Positions 53,823-62,539 of a DNA stretch of 64,000 nt are shown here, piece by piece. Origin of the DNA: an uncultured Gammaproteobacteria bacterium (lineage in GTDB: Bacteria; Patescibacteriota; Patescibacteriia; UBA11705; JABHMO01). The notes below the pieces were generated by a model. The model saw only the letters and a list, made by a program, of their open reading frames with translations. It searched no databases and was not told the origin of the DNA. A program made the position numbers and the translations under genes. The stretch spans positions 157,640 to 221,639 of the forward strand of contig CAZAKN010000001.1 in NCBI GenBank assembly GCA_964486065.1, in the 5' to 3' direction. Positions within the stretch are counted from its first letter, which is position 1. Every line of letters begins with the position of its first letter.

Positions 53823-54857
53823 TTAAAAGATGCAATAAACCCCTCTATCAACGCGAGGGTCATCCGTGAGCTCCCCAACCTTAACGGAATTTCCGTCATT
53901 GGTCTGAACCTTCATGACGGGAATTCCGGTTCTACGATAGTTGTACTTGGCTCCTTGGTGGAGCTCCACATAAACAGCTCCGTCCAAGGCTTCTTCCAAA
54001 AAGAATGGAAACGAAAATTTGTTTCCATCCAATGGGATACCATCATACTGAACCGAATCCCCATTCATGTCAAAGTACGAAAAGTACCCTGCATAGGCAC
54101 CCGGTGGAGTATCACAAGGCAAATCCACCCAAACCTCTATCTCGTAGAGGTCTGTCCAGTTGCCCGGTTCAGGCCAACAGGCCAACGATTCTCCCGAATC
54201 CCCCGGATCTTCTTCCTCGTCAGTCGCCGGTTCTTCACCGGGATCATCCATTTCTTCGCCCGGGTCCTCTTCGGGATCCTCACCGGGCTCTTCCTCGTCT
54301 TCCGGATCATCCAGATTCTCACCGGCGGTATCCTGGTCTTCCCAGTCTTCCACCGGTTCCTCGCCTTCCGGCTCGGAACTGTCACCGGGCATATCACCGT
54401 CTTCGGGTTCATCACCATCGGGAATATCGCCGTCTTCAACGGCGTTGCCCCAGCCACGAGGCAATTCGCTTTCATCCACGCAGGTACCGAGGATTTGCTC
54501 CTCTCCCAGCCCGGATTTTCCCTTCAAGGACATCTGGAACTTTTCTTCCAGATTGTCCACGCAGACCATGCCGGCGGGGCATTCGGTGATGACGACAGGC
54601 GGATCCTGGAAATGGATCACGCCGTTCATGTCTCTGCCATATTCCATACGGCAGATTTCGGGAACGCAACGCCGCCCCTCGTATCCATCGTAAAAACCTT
54701 CCAGACATATCCAGCCCGGAAGCTCACATTCCGCGTCGGTGAAACACGTCTGCGGACCATCATCCGTGGAGATCGTCCCCATGTCCACCTCGGTGGCACA
54801 ACCGGTAGCAAACATGAGCATTGTAATTATACACACAATAACTTTAACTTTCTTCAT
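53823..54857 (-). CDS. Secreted Cys-rich acidic-repeat lipoprotein (345 aa). N-terminal module shared with 55052 and 56203 genes, C-terminal module shared with 49463 and 51596 genes. Start at ATG 54857
   Basis: Lipobox FATGC, PRGWGNAVEDGDIPDGDEPEDGD segment, C-terminal YVELH..DDPRVDRG, RBS aaggagagaataATG. Confidence 0.7.
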   Translation of the reverse strand: MKKVKVIVCIITMLMFATGCATEVDMGTISTDDGPQTCFTDAECELPGWICLEGFYDGYEGRRCVPEICRMEYGRDMNGVIHFQDPPVVITECPAGMVCVDNLEEKFQMSLKGKSGLGEEQILGTCVDESELPRGWGNAVEDGDIPDGDEPEDGDMPGDSSEPEGEEPVEDWEDQDTAGENLDDPEDEEEPGEDPEEDPGEEMDDPGEEPATDEEEDPGDSGESLACWPEPGNWTDLYEIEVWVDLPCDTPPGAYAGYFSYFDMNGDSVQYDGIPLDGNKFSFPFFLEEALDGAVYVELHQGAKYNYRRTGIPVMKVQTNDGNSVKVGELTDDPRVDRGVYCIF

Positions 54858-54876
54858 TATTCTCTCCTTTGTTTGT

Positions 54877-54895
54877 CCCCCCAAAATTTAGGGGG
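54877..54895 (-). promoter_or_regulatory. 5'-UTR palindrome CCCCCTAAATTTTGGGGGG upstream of the RBS of gene 53823-54857
   Basis: Homolog of the 49165-49181 element. Confidence 0.5.
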
Positions 54896-55018
54896 AAGTT
54901 GAAGTTCTTTGCTTTTTTCAAAGAGCAATTTGATGTTTAAAATTAACAAATTTTTTAATCTTTGTCAATAGCCATTGATTATTCCTTGAAATATCACCTA
55001 AATTTAAATAAAAAAGCT

Positions 55019-55043
55019 CCGTTGGATTTCCAACGGAGCGTTG
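55019..55043. terminator. Terminator (ctccgttgga-tt-tccaacggag)
   Basis: 10-bp stem, T-runs on both strands. Confidence 0.7.
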
Positions 55044-55051
55044 TTTTTTTG

Positions 55052-56035
55052 TTAAAGCTCTCCCAAAGGATAGCCATCACCTTCTTTGTAAGCGCCGATG
55101 TTCATCGGTTCTCCGTTGAAGAATGCGACCACCGGAGGATTATGCCTTCCTTCCCAGCGACTACCGTTTGTCAGATCGGTAGCATAGTTTCCAAGCGAAC
55201 AGTCCGCTTCCGTCAATTCCCAGGAAACGCACTCCCACTCGGCATGATCAATCCCCCAATCATCTTCCATGCATTCACTGAAAGAACACATTCTGTATGA
55301 TGGGTGATCGTTCATGATTTGCCCCCAGCCTCCTTCTTTACAGGAGTCAAAGACCAAACTCCCGTAATAGGACTCCACGATATACTGCCAACAAATGATG
55401 AACCGTCCCGTTTGGAAATGCTCGTCACCATCGGGAATATCTCCGTCTTCGGGCTCGTCGCCGTCTTCCGGTTCATCACCGTCTTCCGGTTCATCACCGT
55501 CTTCAGGTTCGTCACCGTCTACCGGTTCTTCCCGGTCTTCCACCGGTTCTTCGCCTTCCGGCTCGGAACCGTCATCGTCGGGCATATCGCCATCCCCCTC
55601 GGCGTTTCCCCAGCCGTTTTTAATGTCTCCTTCGTACACGCAACGGCCCAGCTTTTCCTCGCGTCGTAGGCCCATGGATTCGGCCAATGCCTCGGCTTCC
55701 TCCTCGGTGAAGCTTCCGTACTCACCTTCCACTTCGTCCAGCGATTCCAGCTGGACACACTCCCAAGCTTCCGGGCAGGCGCTAGTCTTCGGCGATTCAT
55801 ACTGAACCTGTCCGTTTTGACTAATCGAAAATGTCAACCTGCAAAAATCATACAGGCATCTTTTTTCTTCCGGGTTTTCTTTGCTAAGACCGCAAATATA
55901 CCCTTCTTCGCATTCCTTATCTTGAATGCAGATCTCCGGACTTTCGTCAGTTTTCACCGTTCCGAGATCGACGACCGTCTGGCAACCCATTACCCCGACG
56001 ACGATCAAAAACATCAACAATATACTGTAACGCAT
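55052..56035 (-). CDS. Secreted Cys-rich acidic-repeat lipoprotein (328 aa) with (EPEDGD)x5 repeat and a YYGSLVFDSC C-terminal module shared with 56203 gene
   Basis: Lipobox VMGCQT, RBS aaggaggacgccATG. Confidence 0.65.
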   Translation of the reverse strand: MRYSILLMFLIVVGVMGCQTVVDLGTVKTDESPEICIQDKECEEGYICGLSKENPEEKRCLYDFCRLTFSISQNGQVQYESPKTSACPEAWECVQLESLDEVEGEYGSFTEEEAEALAESMGLRREEKLGRCVYEGDIKNGWGNAEGDGDMPDDDGSEPEGEEPVEDREEPVDGDEPEDGDEPEDGDEPEDGDEPEDGDIPDGDEHFQTGRFIICWQYIVESYYGSLVFDSCKEGGWGQIMNDHPSYRMCSFSECMEDDWGIDHAEWECVSWELTEADCSLGNYATDLTNGSRWEGRHNPPVVAFFNGEPMNIGAYKEGDGYPLGEL

Positions 56036-56160
56036 GGCGTCCTCCTTTTTTTTGGGATAAAAATTTTTTGAAAAGAACAATTTATATTATCAAATAATCT
56101 TATTTTTGTCAAGTATTATGCCATTTTTAGTGTTTTTGTAAAATATTTTTTAATATTAAA

Positions 56161-56190
56161 AAATCCGCTCCATTTGGAGCGGATTATGGT
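56161..56190 (-). terminator. Terminator (atccgctcca-tt-tggagcggat)
   Basis: 10-bp stem, A5 before on plus strand. Confidence 0.7.
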
Positions 56191-56202
56191 TGTTTAAAGA
56201 AC

Positions 56203-57072
56203 TTACTCGTCGCCGGGCGCGACGGGCTGTAGATACCAACCCAGATCGTATTCGCCGACGGTCCCCAAGACCTCGTTGAAGGCCACCGACAGCGGCTTTT
56301 TGCTTTCGCCAAGCCAATTGGACCCGTTGGTCAGCGCTACCTTAAAGTTGCCGGATGCACAGGCCTCCGCATCAACGAACCACGCCACACAGTTGCCCAT
56401 ATGGCTGTAAGCCCCGTCTGCGTCTTGCCACTGAGTGTAGCCCGCCGACTCGCAGGAGTCGAAGACCAAGCTACCGTAGTAGCCGGCTGGGATAGCATCC
56501 CAGCACACTTCAATGGCATACTCCTCCGGTAACTCAATCGGCGTTCCGGGATCTTGAGTATCCGGAACATCCCCGTCTTCAGGCTCGTCACCATCGGGGA
56601 TATCACCGTCTTCCGGTTCATCACCGTCTTCGGGTTCGTCGCCATCGGGGATATCGCCGTCTTCAACGGCGTTTCCCCACCCACGAGGCAGGTGCGAGAT
56701 TTTCTCACACTGACCGAGCAACTCGGACTCACTCAGTCCGAGCGTTTCCGAATGATCTTCCTGATCCTCCATGTCCAACACCACGCAAGTGTATTCTTCC
56801 GGACAAGCAGACACTTCCGCCAGATCATCCTGGACTACGCCATGAATGTCTTGCGTGTACTCCAACACGCAAAACGGCGTGCACCGTTTGCCTTCCAGAT
56901 CGCTATAATAACCTTCGGCGCAAATCTGCGCCACTCCACATGTTTCATCCGTCACGCACCGTTCCGGACTTTCGTCCGTTTTGATGGTGCCTAACTCTGC
57001 TTCCGTGTGACAGCCCGCCGTAAGTCCGGCGAAAACCATCACCAACACGATCAAAAAGATCATTCGGTTCAT
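56203..57072 (-). CDS. Secreted Cys-rich acidic-repeat lipoprotein (290 aa), paralog of 55052-56035. Start at ATG 57072
   Basis: Lipobox LTAGC, RBS aaggaggaacccATG, shared PRGWGNAVEDGDIPDGDEPEDGD. Confidence 0.65.
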   Translation of the reverse strand: MNRMIFLIVLVMVFAGLTAGCHTEAELGTIKTDESPERCVTDETCGVAQICAEGYYSDLEGKRCTPFCVLEYTQDIHGVVQDDLAEVSACPEEYTCVVLDMEDQEDHSETLGLSESELLGQCEKISHLPRGWGNAVEDGDIPDGDEPEDGDEPEDGDIPDGDEPEDGDVPDTQDPGTPIELPEEYAIEVCWDAIPAGYYGSLVFDSCESAGYTQWQDADGAYSHMGNCVAWFVDAEACASGNFKVALTNGSNWLGESKKPLSVAFNEVLGTVGEYDLGWYLQPVAPGDE

Positions 57073-57176
57073 GGGTTCCTCCTTGCAACTCCGAAAATCG
57101 GGCTGCGCTAGAATTTTCAAAAAGACCACCTCTGGATTATTCCAGCTTAAAAGCTTAACTCATTAAGCCCTTAAGT

Positions 57177-57213
57177 TGAAGGGAAATTGCATCTTGCAAT
57201 TTCCCGTTTGAGG
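57177..57213 (-). terminator. Terminator (gggaaattgca-tct-tgcaatttccc)
   Basis: 11-bp perfect stem. Confidence 0.65.
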
Positions 57214-57216
57214 TTA

Positions 57217-57666
57217 TTAATTAACCTCTACGGTGTTCTTCAGAACACCCGTCGCGGCCAAAATGCCGAGAACGATTCCCGTCACCCCGCCAATCACCAA
57301 GACGGAGATTGTGGCAGCACCCGGACCGGTGTGCGCCCAATTTTTCACCTTTTGTTGTTCGGCGAGCACCACGCCGGTGCTGTCGTTCACTTGAATGGCG
57401 TTGGCGTCAAACTTCGTTTCATTCACGAGAACCGTGGCGCCGTCGGCGTCCAGCCTTTTGTTCTGTTTGGCTGTGGCGGGGGCTTTTTCCTCCGCTTTCG
57501 CCGGTGGTTTGGGAATGGGTCCCTTGACCGCCACGGTTTTGGTCGCCGGGGCCTTGGGACCTTCTTCTGGCGTCGCTTGAATCTTGTTCTCCCCGGCCAT
57601 GGCCGGGACGACGATCATCATGTTGGCGAAAGCCAACATCAGCAAAATAACGAAAAACTGTTTCAT
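57217..57666 (-). CDS. Small secreted protein with Pro/Ala/Lys-rich linker and C-terminal HTGPG + glycine-zipper TM segment (possible C-terminal anchoring or sorting signal)
   Basis: Signal peptide, PKPPAKAEEKAPATAK linker, C-terminal ATISVLVIGGVTGIVLGILAATGV. Confidence 0.5.
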   Translation of the reverse strand: MKQFFVILLMLAFANMMIVVPAMAGENKIQATPEEGPKAPATKTVAVKGPIPKPPAKAEEKAPATAKQNKRLDADGATVLVNETKFDANAIQVNDSTGVVLAEQQKVKNWAHTGPGAATISVLVIGGVTGIVLGILAATGVLKNTVEVN

Positions 57667-57807
57667 GTCCATGTCTCCTTGCAGGCAAAACGCCCGCTGT
57701 AAGGGGTGGGTAAACTTTCAATGATCTTCGATATCTGAACTTAATAAAATCAGTTGATTTTGTCAAGTTTCCTCTTCTGAAAAAACGATTAATCATTTTT
57801 TCGGAAA

Positions 57808-57838
57808 AAGGCGCGAGGCGAAGCTTCGCCTCGCGCGT
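57808..57838 (-). terminator. Terminator (ggcgcgaggcgaagc-ttcgcctcgcgcg)
   Basis: Long GC-rich palindrome, A-run before on plus strand. Confidence 0.7.
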
Positions 57839-57845
57839 ATTCTTT

Positions 57846-58514
57846 TTAATGAGCTTCCAGCTGGATGGTTCCTGCCGGAACATGCGTGACGAACTTTCTC
57901 GTCTTCGCCGGATCCAGCTTGATCAACGGAAGTCCCTCTTCCTGGAACCTTGCGTCTATCTCGGAATGGATCGTAGCGATGTCCTCATCCGTCAAGACCA
58001 CTTCTTCCGCCGGAAGACGGATCTTTTCAACTCCACCGACTGATGCCGTTGCCAGCACCGTCGGAAATCCTCCGTTTCCTTCCTTTGTGCCGGCATTGCG
58101 GTGGTGAGAACGATTTTTCACCAAACCTCTGCCACGCCAACGCTTACGCGCCGGCTCGCATACCTTCTCGGCATCCACGAACTGGCACCAGGTATTGCAC
58201 TGGTTTGAACTACGGTAGCCCCTGAAACAAGACTCCGCGCCTCCGAGGCACTCGCAACATTCCTTGGGCTTACACTCTTCACTGCCGAAGCAGTAGAGGT
58301 AGCCCTCCAAGACTTCTTTTTCCAGGCCGGCCGTGGCCAAGTTCGTTTCCAGTTCGGCGATCTCCATGTTCGCGACTTTCAACTGTCGCGAAACTTGATC
58401 TGATCTCCGCTCGGCGTCCGTGGTCTGTCCGATCTGGTGGAAGTAAGCCACCAGCACCAAAACCATGATTGCCAAAACGAAGTACAATCCTGTTTTCGAA
58501 GTTTTCTCGCTCAT
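57846..58514 (-). CDS. N-terminally anchored coiled-coil protein with Cys-rich C-terminal domain (start MSEKTSK at 58514, RBS ggagga)
   Basis: TM helix, CFGSEECKPKECCECLGG..C..C Cys cluster. Confidence 0.5.
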   Translation of the reverse strand: MSEKTSKTGLYFVLAIMVLVLVAYFHQIGQTTDAERRSDQVSRQLKVANMEIAELETNLATAGLEKEVLEGYLYCFGSEECKPKECCECLGGAESCFRGYRSSNQCNTWCQFVDAEKVCEPARKRWRGRGLVKNRSHHRNAGTKEGNGGFPTVLATASVGGVEKIRLPAEEVVLTDEDIATIHSEIDARFQEEGLPLIKLDPAKTRKFVTHVPAGTIQLEAH

Positions 58515-58837
58515 GTTTTCCTCCAGGAAAATGTTATTAAAATTTTTCAAAAAACTGTTTATTGGTTTTTACCCAATGCCAAAACTTAGCATAATCAAAA
58601 AAAAGTGTCAAGTACACTTTTGTCATTGATTTCAAGGCTCTGTTCGGTCAATTATTGAGAAAAATCCGAATAACTCTCCAAGCTTATCACTATGTTTTTT
58701 TATGTCAAATTAAACCAATATTTATTCAGATATAAAACACATCTCTAATCAGTCACATAATGAATATTTATACTAATTTTAGATAAAAAAATGGCTACGC
58801 AAATATTTACATAGCCATAAAATCGTTTTTTTGACAA

Positions 58838-60550
58838 TCAGATCAACTTGCTGATCAAAAAGCCAAAAGCATTGACAATAGCGCTCGCCACATTCGTGGC
58901 CAAGTATTTCGCCACTTCCATTCTTTCATCCCATTCCTGTGGCAAATCAACCACACCATTAGAATACAGCACCAAGAAAATTGCTACCGCCAGCATGGCC
59001 ACAGCCAACCAGGTCGGAAAAAGTACCACCACTTGGGCGGACTTATCTTCTTCCTGTTCCGTTTCTTCTTCTTGCGCCATGGGATTGATCAAGCCCGTTG
59101 TTTTTTCAGAGGGAGGATCATTTATCTGTTCAACCATTTCCCGATTGGAAGCTTCAACCTGTGCAATTATTTCTCCCGGATCAGCTTGCATATCCAAGGA
59201 ACGCAAAACCGAAATTATGAATTCCAGCTGTTCCCTCTCCTTTGCCAGAGCTTCTTCTTGCGTATTAATCCGCAACTCTTGATTTCCTTTCAATGCCAGC
59301 AGAATTCTTTCCAGCCCCTCATCCGAATAGGTCGCCACTCGGCGATCTTGACGAAGAGAGCTTTTCATCCGTTCAGCCCAAGCAATTTCATCTTGATAAC
59401 CAGCCTCTTCTTCCAGTTCTTCGCGAAAATCTTCAGCTTCTTCAGGCTCAGCCACGACTTGTTCGGATTCTTGATCCTCAACCTTTTCTTTACACGATGA
59501 TTGTGGCTTCAGATTAACTCTCGTGCTTATGCTCGGAGTTTCATATTTCTCGTCCGTCATGTCAGCTTCATCATCCGTTTCTTGCCCGATTTCCGCAAGC
59601 GTGGCGTCCGCTTCTTCCATAGCGTCTTCATCATCATCCGGCGCTTGATAAGTAATCGGCACATCCACAATCTCGCTCCCACATTTCGGGCATTTACCCA
59701 TGATAAAATCCTCAGTGGAAGCAAAGACTTCAGAGCAAGACTTACATCTGTAAACTTTGTCGGGTGCGGGATCAGGTTTAGACACGGTTTGTTCGGAGGT
59801 GGATTCCGCTTCGCGGGGAATTTGCTCCGGCTCTGCCGGCAATTCTTCCAACACGATAACGGGCGATTCAGGAATTTCTTCGGCCAAAGATTGATCCGTA
59901 AATGATTCGTCTTTTTCATCCGGTAATACAAGTGCGGACAAATCTTTACTTTTCATCTCGTCCGGTGGCGCGACTTGCTCCGAAGATTTTTCACCTTCCT
60001 CTTTAGGTTTAGCGATCTTTGCCGCTTTTTCAGCTTCAGCAAAGAAATCTTCTTCCAATCTTTTCTGTTTTTGATCTTCCGAAAATGGTGCCTCTTTCTT
60101 CTTTTCGCGTTCAGCGCTTTGTTTCAATTTGTTCCCCGCATCATTGTCCATGTATTTACCACACCTGGGACAACGAGCTTGCGTATACTCCGTGCTACTA
60201 TAATCACACTCCGGATGACCGGAACAAACATAGAAACTCTTTTCCTTTTTCTGCGCTTGCTTTCTCTCTTCCCATAAGTGATACAATTCGGCGCTTTTAT
60301 CAACCTCATAGTCCTTAGTTTCCAAATCAGTTTTCCTTTGAAAACTTTCATAAACGACCACCCAAGTTTTATCCTTACTCAAAAGACAAGAGCAGTTACC
60401 ACAATAACCTTCAATATGATCAATGTCATGACGAGAACCGCAATTACCACAAACCAATTTATACACAGTCCCCATGCTTTCCCAATCTTCATGGGCTTGG
60501 GCTTCTTGAGCGTTTTTGGGAAGCTCTTGTTTTTTACTGAAAAATCCCAT
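58838..60550 (-). CDS. Acidic zinc-ribbon-containing protein with C-terminal TM anchor (about 570 aa). Start MGFFSKK at 60550
   Basis: Several CxxC...CxxC pairs (CGNCGS..CGNCSC, CPRCGK, CKSCSE..CPKCGS), RBS aaaggagatgatcATG, C-terminal hydrophobic helix. Confidence 0.5.
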   Translation of the reverse strand: MGFFSKKQELPKNAQEAQAHEDWESMGTVYKLVCGNCGSRHDIDHIEGYCGNCSCLLSKDKTWVVVYESFQRKTDLETKDYEVDKSAELYHLWEERKQAQKKEKSFYVCSGHPECDYSSTEYTQARCPRCGKYMDNDAGNKLKQSAEREKKKEAPFSEDQKQKRLEEDFFAEAEKAAKIAKPKEEGEKSSEQVAPPDEMKSKDLSALVLPDEKDESFTDQSLAEEIPESPVIVLEELPAEPEQIPREAESTSEQTVSKPDPAPDKVYRCKSCSEVFASTEDFIMGKCPKCGSEIVDVPITYQAPDDDEDAMEEADATLAEIGQETDDEADMTDEKYETPSISTRVNLKPQSSCKEKVEDQESEQVVAEPEEAEDFREELEEEAGYQDEIAWAERMKSSLRQDRRVATYSDEGLERILLALKGNQELRINTQEEALAKEREQLEFIISVLRSLDMQADPGEIIAQVEASNREMVEQINDPPSEKTTGLINPMAQEEETEQEEDKSAQVVVLFPTWLAVAMLAVAIFLVLYSNGVVDLPQEWDERMEVAKYLATNVASAIVNAFGFLISKLI

Positions 60551-60639
60551 GATCATCTCCTTTGTAAGGTACCTGCGATTTGTTTTCACACTTAAAGCAT
60601 TGTAGCAATTTAACAATATACGACAAGATTGTCAATCCA

Positions 60640-60675
60640 CAAAAAAGCCCTTCACCAAAGGCGAAGGGCTTTTTT
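60640..60675. terminator. Bidirectional terminator (aagcccttcacc-aaa-ggcgaagggctt)
   Basis: GC stem flanked by A6 and T6. Confidence 0.65.
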
Positions 60676-60694
60676 CTATCTATATAATTGAATA

Positions 60695-61339
60695 TTATTT
60701 ATGCTGAAACAGTTTATCTCGCTTCGGATTATAAGTAATCACCACAAAAGACGCGCCCACGATAAATCCTCCCACCAAACCCAAAAACAAATTAAGTAAA
60801 ATGTTGGGCTTGGCCGGATATTGTGAAGCCAAAGGCTCATCCAAAATCTTCAAATCAATATCGGAAATCGCCAAATAATCATCTTTTTCAGTTGTTAAGG
60901 TGTAAGCCACGGCTTGCGCAATTTGTACGGCTTGGTTCGGATCAGGATGATAAATCTCCACCACCAAAGTGCTCAAACCACCCGGCACATAAGCATTGAT
61001 CGTGTCCACCCACAACTCGCGTCTCTCTCTTTCTTCTTGAGGAAAATATTCCCGTTCAATGGGATAGCCGGACGCCAAAACTTTATCTAAAAATGATCCG
61101 TAATAAACAACTTGCGCTAATTTATTGGCGGTGCGCTCTTCCGACTTGGCCGCGCTATAAGCATCAATACTGAAACTGGATTTCTGTAAAACCAAAATAC
61201 TGGCATCGGCACGATATTTAAAAGGTTGAATCAAAGTGATTAAAAGCGCGATCAAGACAAAAATCAAAGTTATAATGAAAACCTTTTTCCAATCTCTTTT
61301 CACTATTTCATAATAATTGATTTTCCTGATATTTTCCAT
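60695..61339 (-). CDS. Wzz/Cap5A-like polysaccharide chain-length determinant (short PCP) protein
   Basis: N- and C-terminal TM helices flanking a periplasmic domain, 214 aa. Confidence 0.5.
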   Translation of the reverse strand: MENIRKINYYEIVKRDWKKVFIITLIFVLIALLITLIQPFKYRADASILVLQKSSFSIDAYSAAKSEERTANKLAQVVYYGSFLDKVLASGYPIEREYFPQEERERRELWVDTINAYVPGGLSTLVVEIYHPDPNQAVQIAQAVAYTLTTEKDDYLAISDIDLKILDEPLASQYPAKPNILLNLFLGLVGGFIVGASFVVITYNPKRDKLFQHK

Positions 61340-61401
61340 ATAATGAAGTTAAAATAAAACCTCTTTATTATATAATATATTTTTCATTTTGTCAACCCTG
61401 A

Positions 61402-62526
61402 TTAATATTCCCCCAATTCAATATCAAATGATTTTTCTTCACCATTACGAATAACAAAGAATTTTATTTTATCATGAGGTTGATATTCTGAAAGCAAAGT
61501 ACTCAAATTGCGAACCGAAGATAATTCTTCTTGTTCAATTTTTATTATAATATCACCGCTTTTCAATATTTCCTTCGCCGGACTGTCATACGCAATGGCT
61601 GAAGCGGATGGAATATATGCTCCTGAATTAACCGTTAATTCAGGATAAGCTATTTCGTTCAAATCATAAAATTTTATTCCCAAATATGGCCAGACTTTTT
61701 CTTCTTCAATCCCCACATGACGCATTACGGGCATGATTTGATTTAAAGGTAAAACTTCACCTCTAACATTAAGTATTATTCCGATCACTCTACCATCAAA
61801 ACCTATTACCGGCGCGCCGACATAATCGGCATTGATTTCCGAATCAAGTTTATACTTCTTGTAAAATTCTTCGGAAGAATGAAGATAATTAACCGGCTTA
61901 TCGCTACGCAAAGCGTCAGAAAAACTACTAAATTCCGATAATGCCAAATTGGCTAAACGAGCTCCGAATAAACTGTCCGATCCATCCAAAGAAAAAACCG
62001 ACTGCCCTTGAATCAAGTCATTTTTCAAAGCGAATTCCGCCACGGATAAATTCTGCGCTTCAATTTTCAAAAAAACCACGCCCGTGCGAAGATCGGTTTT
62101 TCTCTTTTCAGCAACATGTAATTCATTATCCGATGTTTTTATGTAAAACTTCTCTTGTCCGCTCGGCAAAAATTCATCCAATAGCATAATCAAACCATCA
62201 CCGGTGACAATCATTCCCTTACTTAAATAATCAGCCGGCTTTACACTTTTTCCCGAAACTTCATATTTGTAAACATTAACCAAAGCCGGTTTGACTTTGG
62301 CCACGCTCTCATTAAGTTGACGATCAAATTCTATAATCTTTTTCTCTTGTTGTTTGTTTTCCACCAATTCATCCAACCGCTTAGTCAAATCATCAAAATT
62401 TTTAAAGTCCAAATACGGATCGGGTAACAAAAAACTGTTCACCCACAATTCTCCGACCACACCGGCAAAAAACCCGATCGCTACAAAGATCAATAAACTT
62501 ATAATAAATGATTTTGATTGACGCAT
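61402..62526 (-). CDS. HtrA-like S1C protease-fold + PDZ protein. The canonical GNSGGPL serine motif is not evident, so it may be catalytically inactive
   Basis: N-terminal TM, trypsin-like region, C-terminal PDZ (SGDIIIKIEQEEL...). Confidence 0.45.
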   Translation of the reverse strand: MRQSKSFIISLLIFVAIGFFAGVVGELWVNSFLLPDPYLDFKNFDDLTKRLDELVENKQQEKKIIEFDRQLNESVAKVKPALVNVYKYEVSGKSVKPADYLSKGMIVTGDGLIMLLDEFLPSGQEKFYIKTSDNELHVAEKRKTDLRTGVVFLKIEAQNLSVAEFALKNDLIQGQSVFSLDGSDSLFGARLANLALSEFSSFSDALRSDKPVNYLHSSEEFYKKYKLDSEINADYVGAPVIGFDGRVIGIILNVRGEVLPLNQIMPVMRHVGIEEEKVWPYLGIKFYDLNEIAYPELTVNSGAYIPSASAIAYDSPAKEILKSGDIIIKIEQEELSSVRNLSTLLSEYQPHDKIKFFVIRNGEEKSFDIELGEY

Positions 62527-62539
62527 AAAAAAATAATTA

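Noticed and set aside
44311-58550. Elevated GC of the Cys-rich cluster as evidence of horizontal transfer
   Set aside because: Intergenic promoters and terminators in the cluster are host-like AT-rich. The GC rise is explained by Asp/Gly/Cys/Glu/Pro-rich composition. The 7213-7950 islet remains the better HGT candidate.
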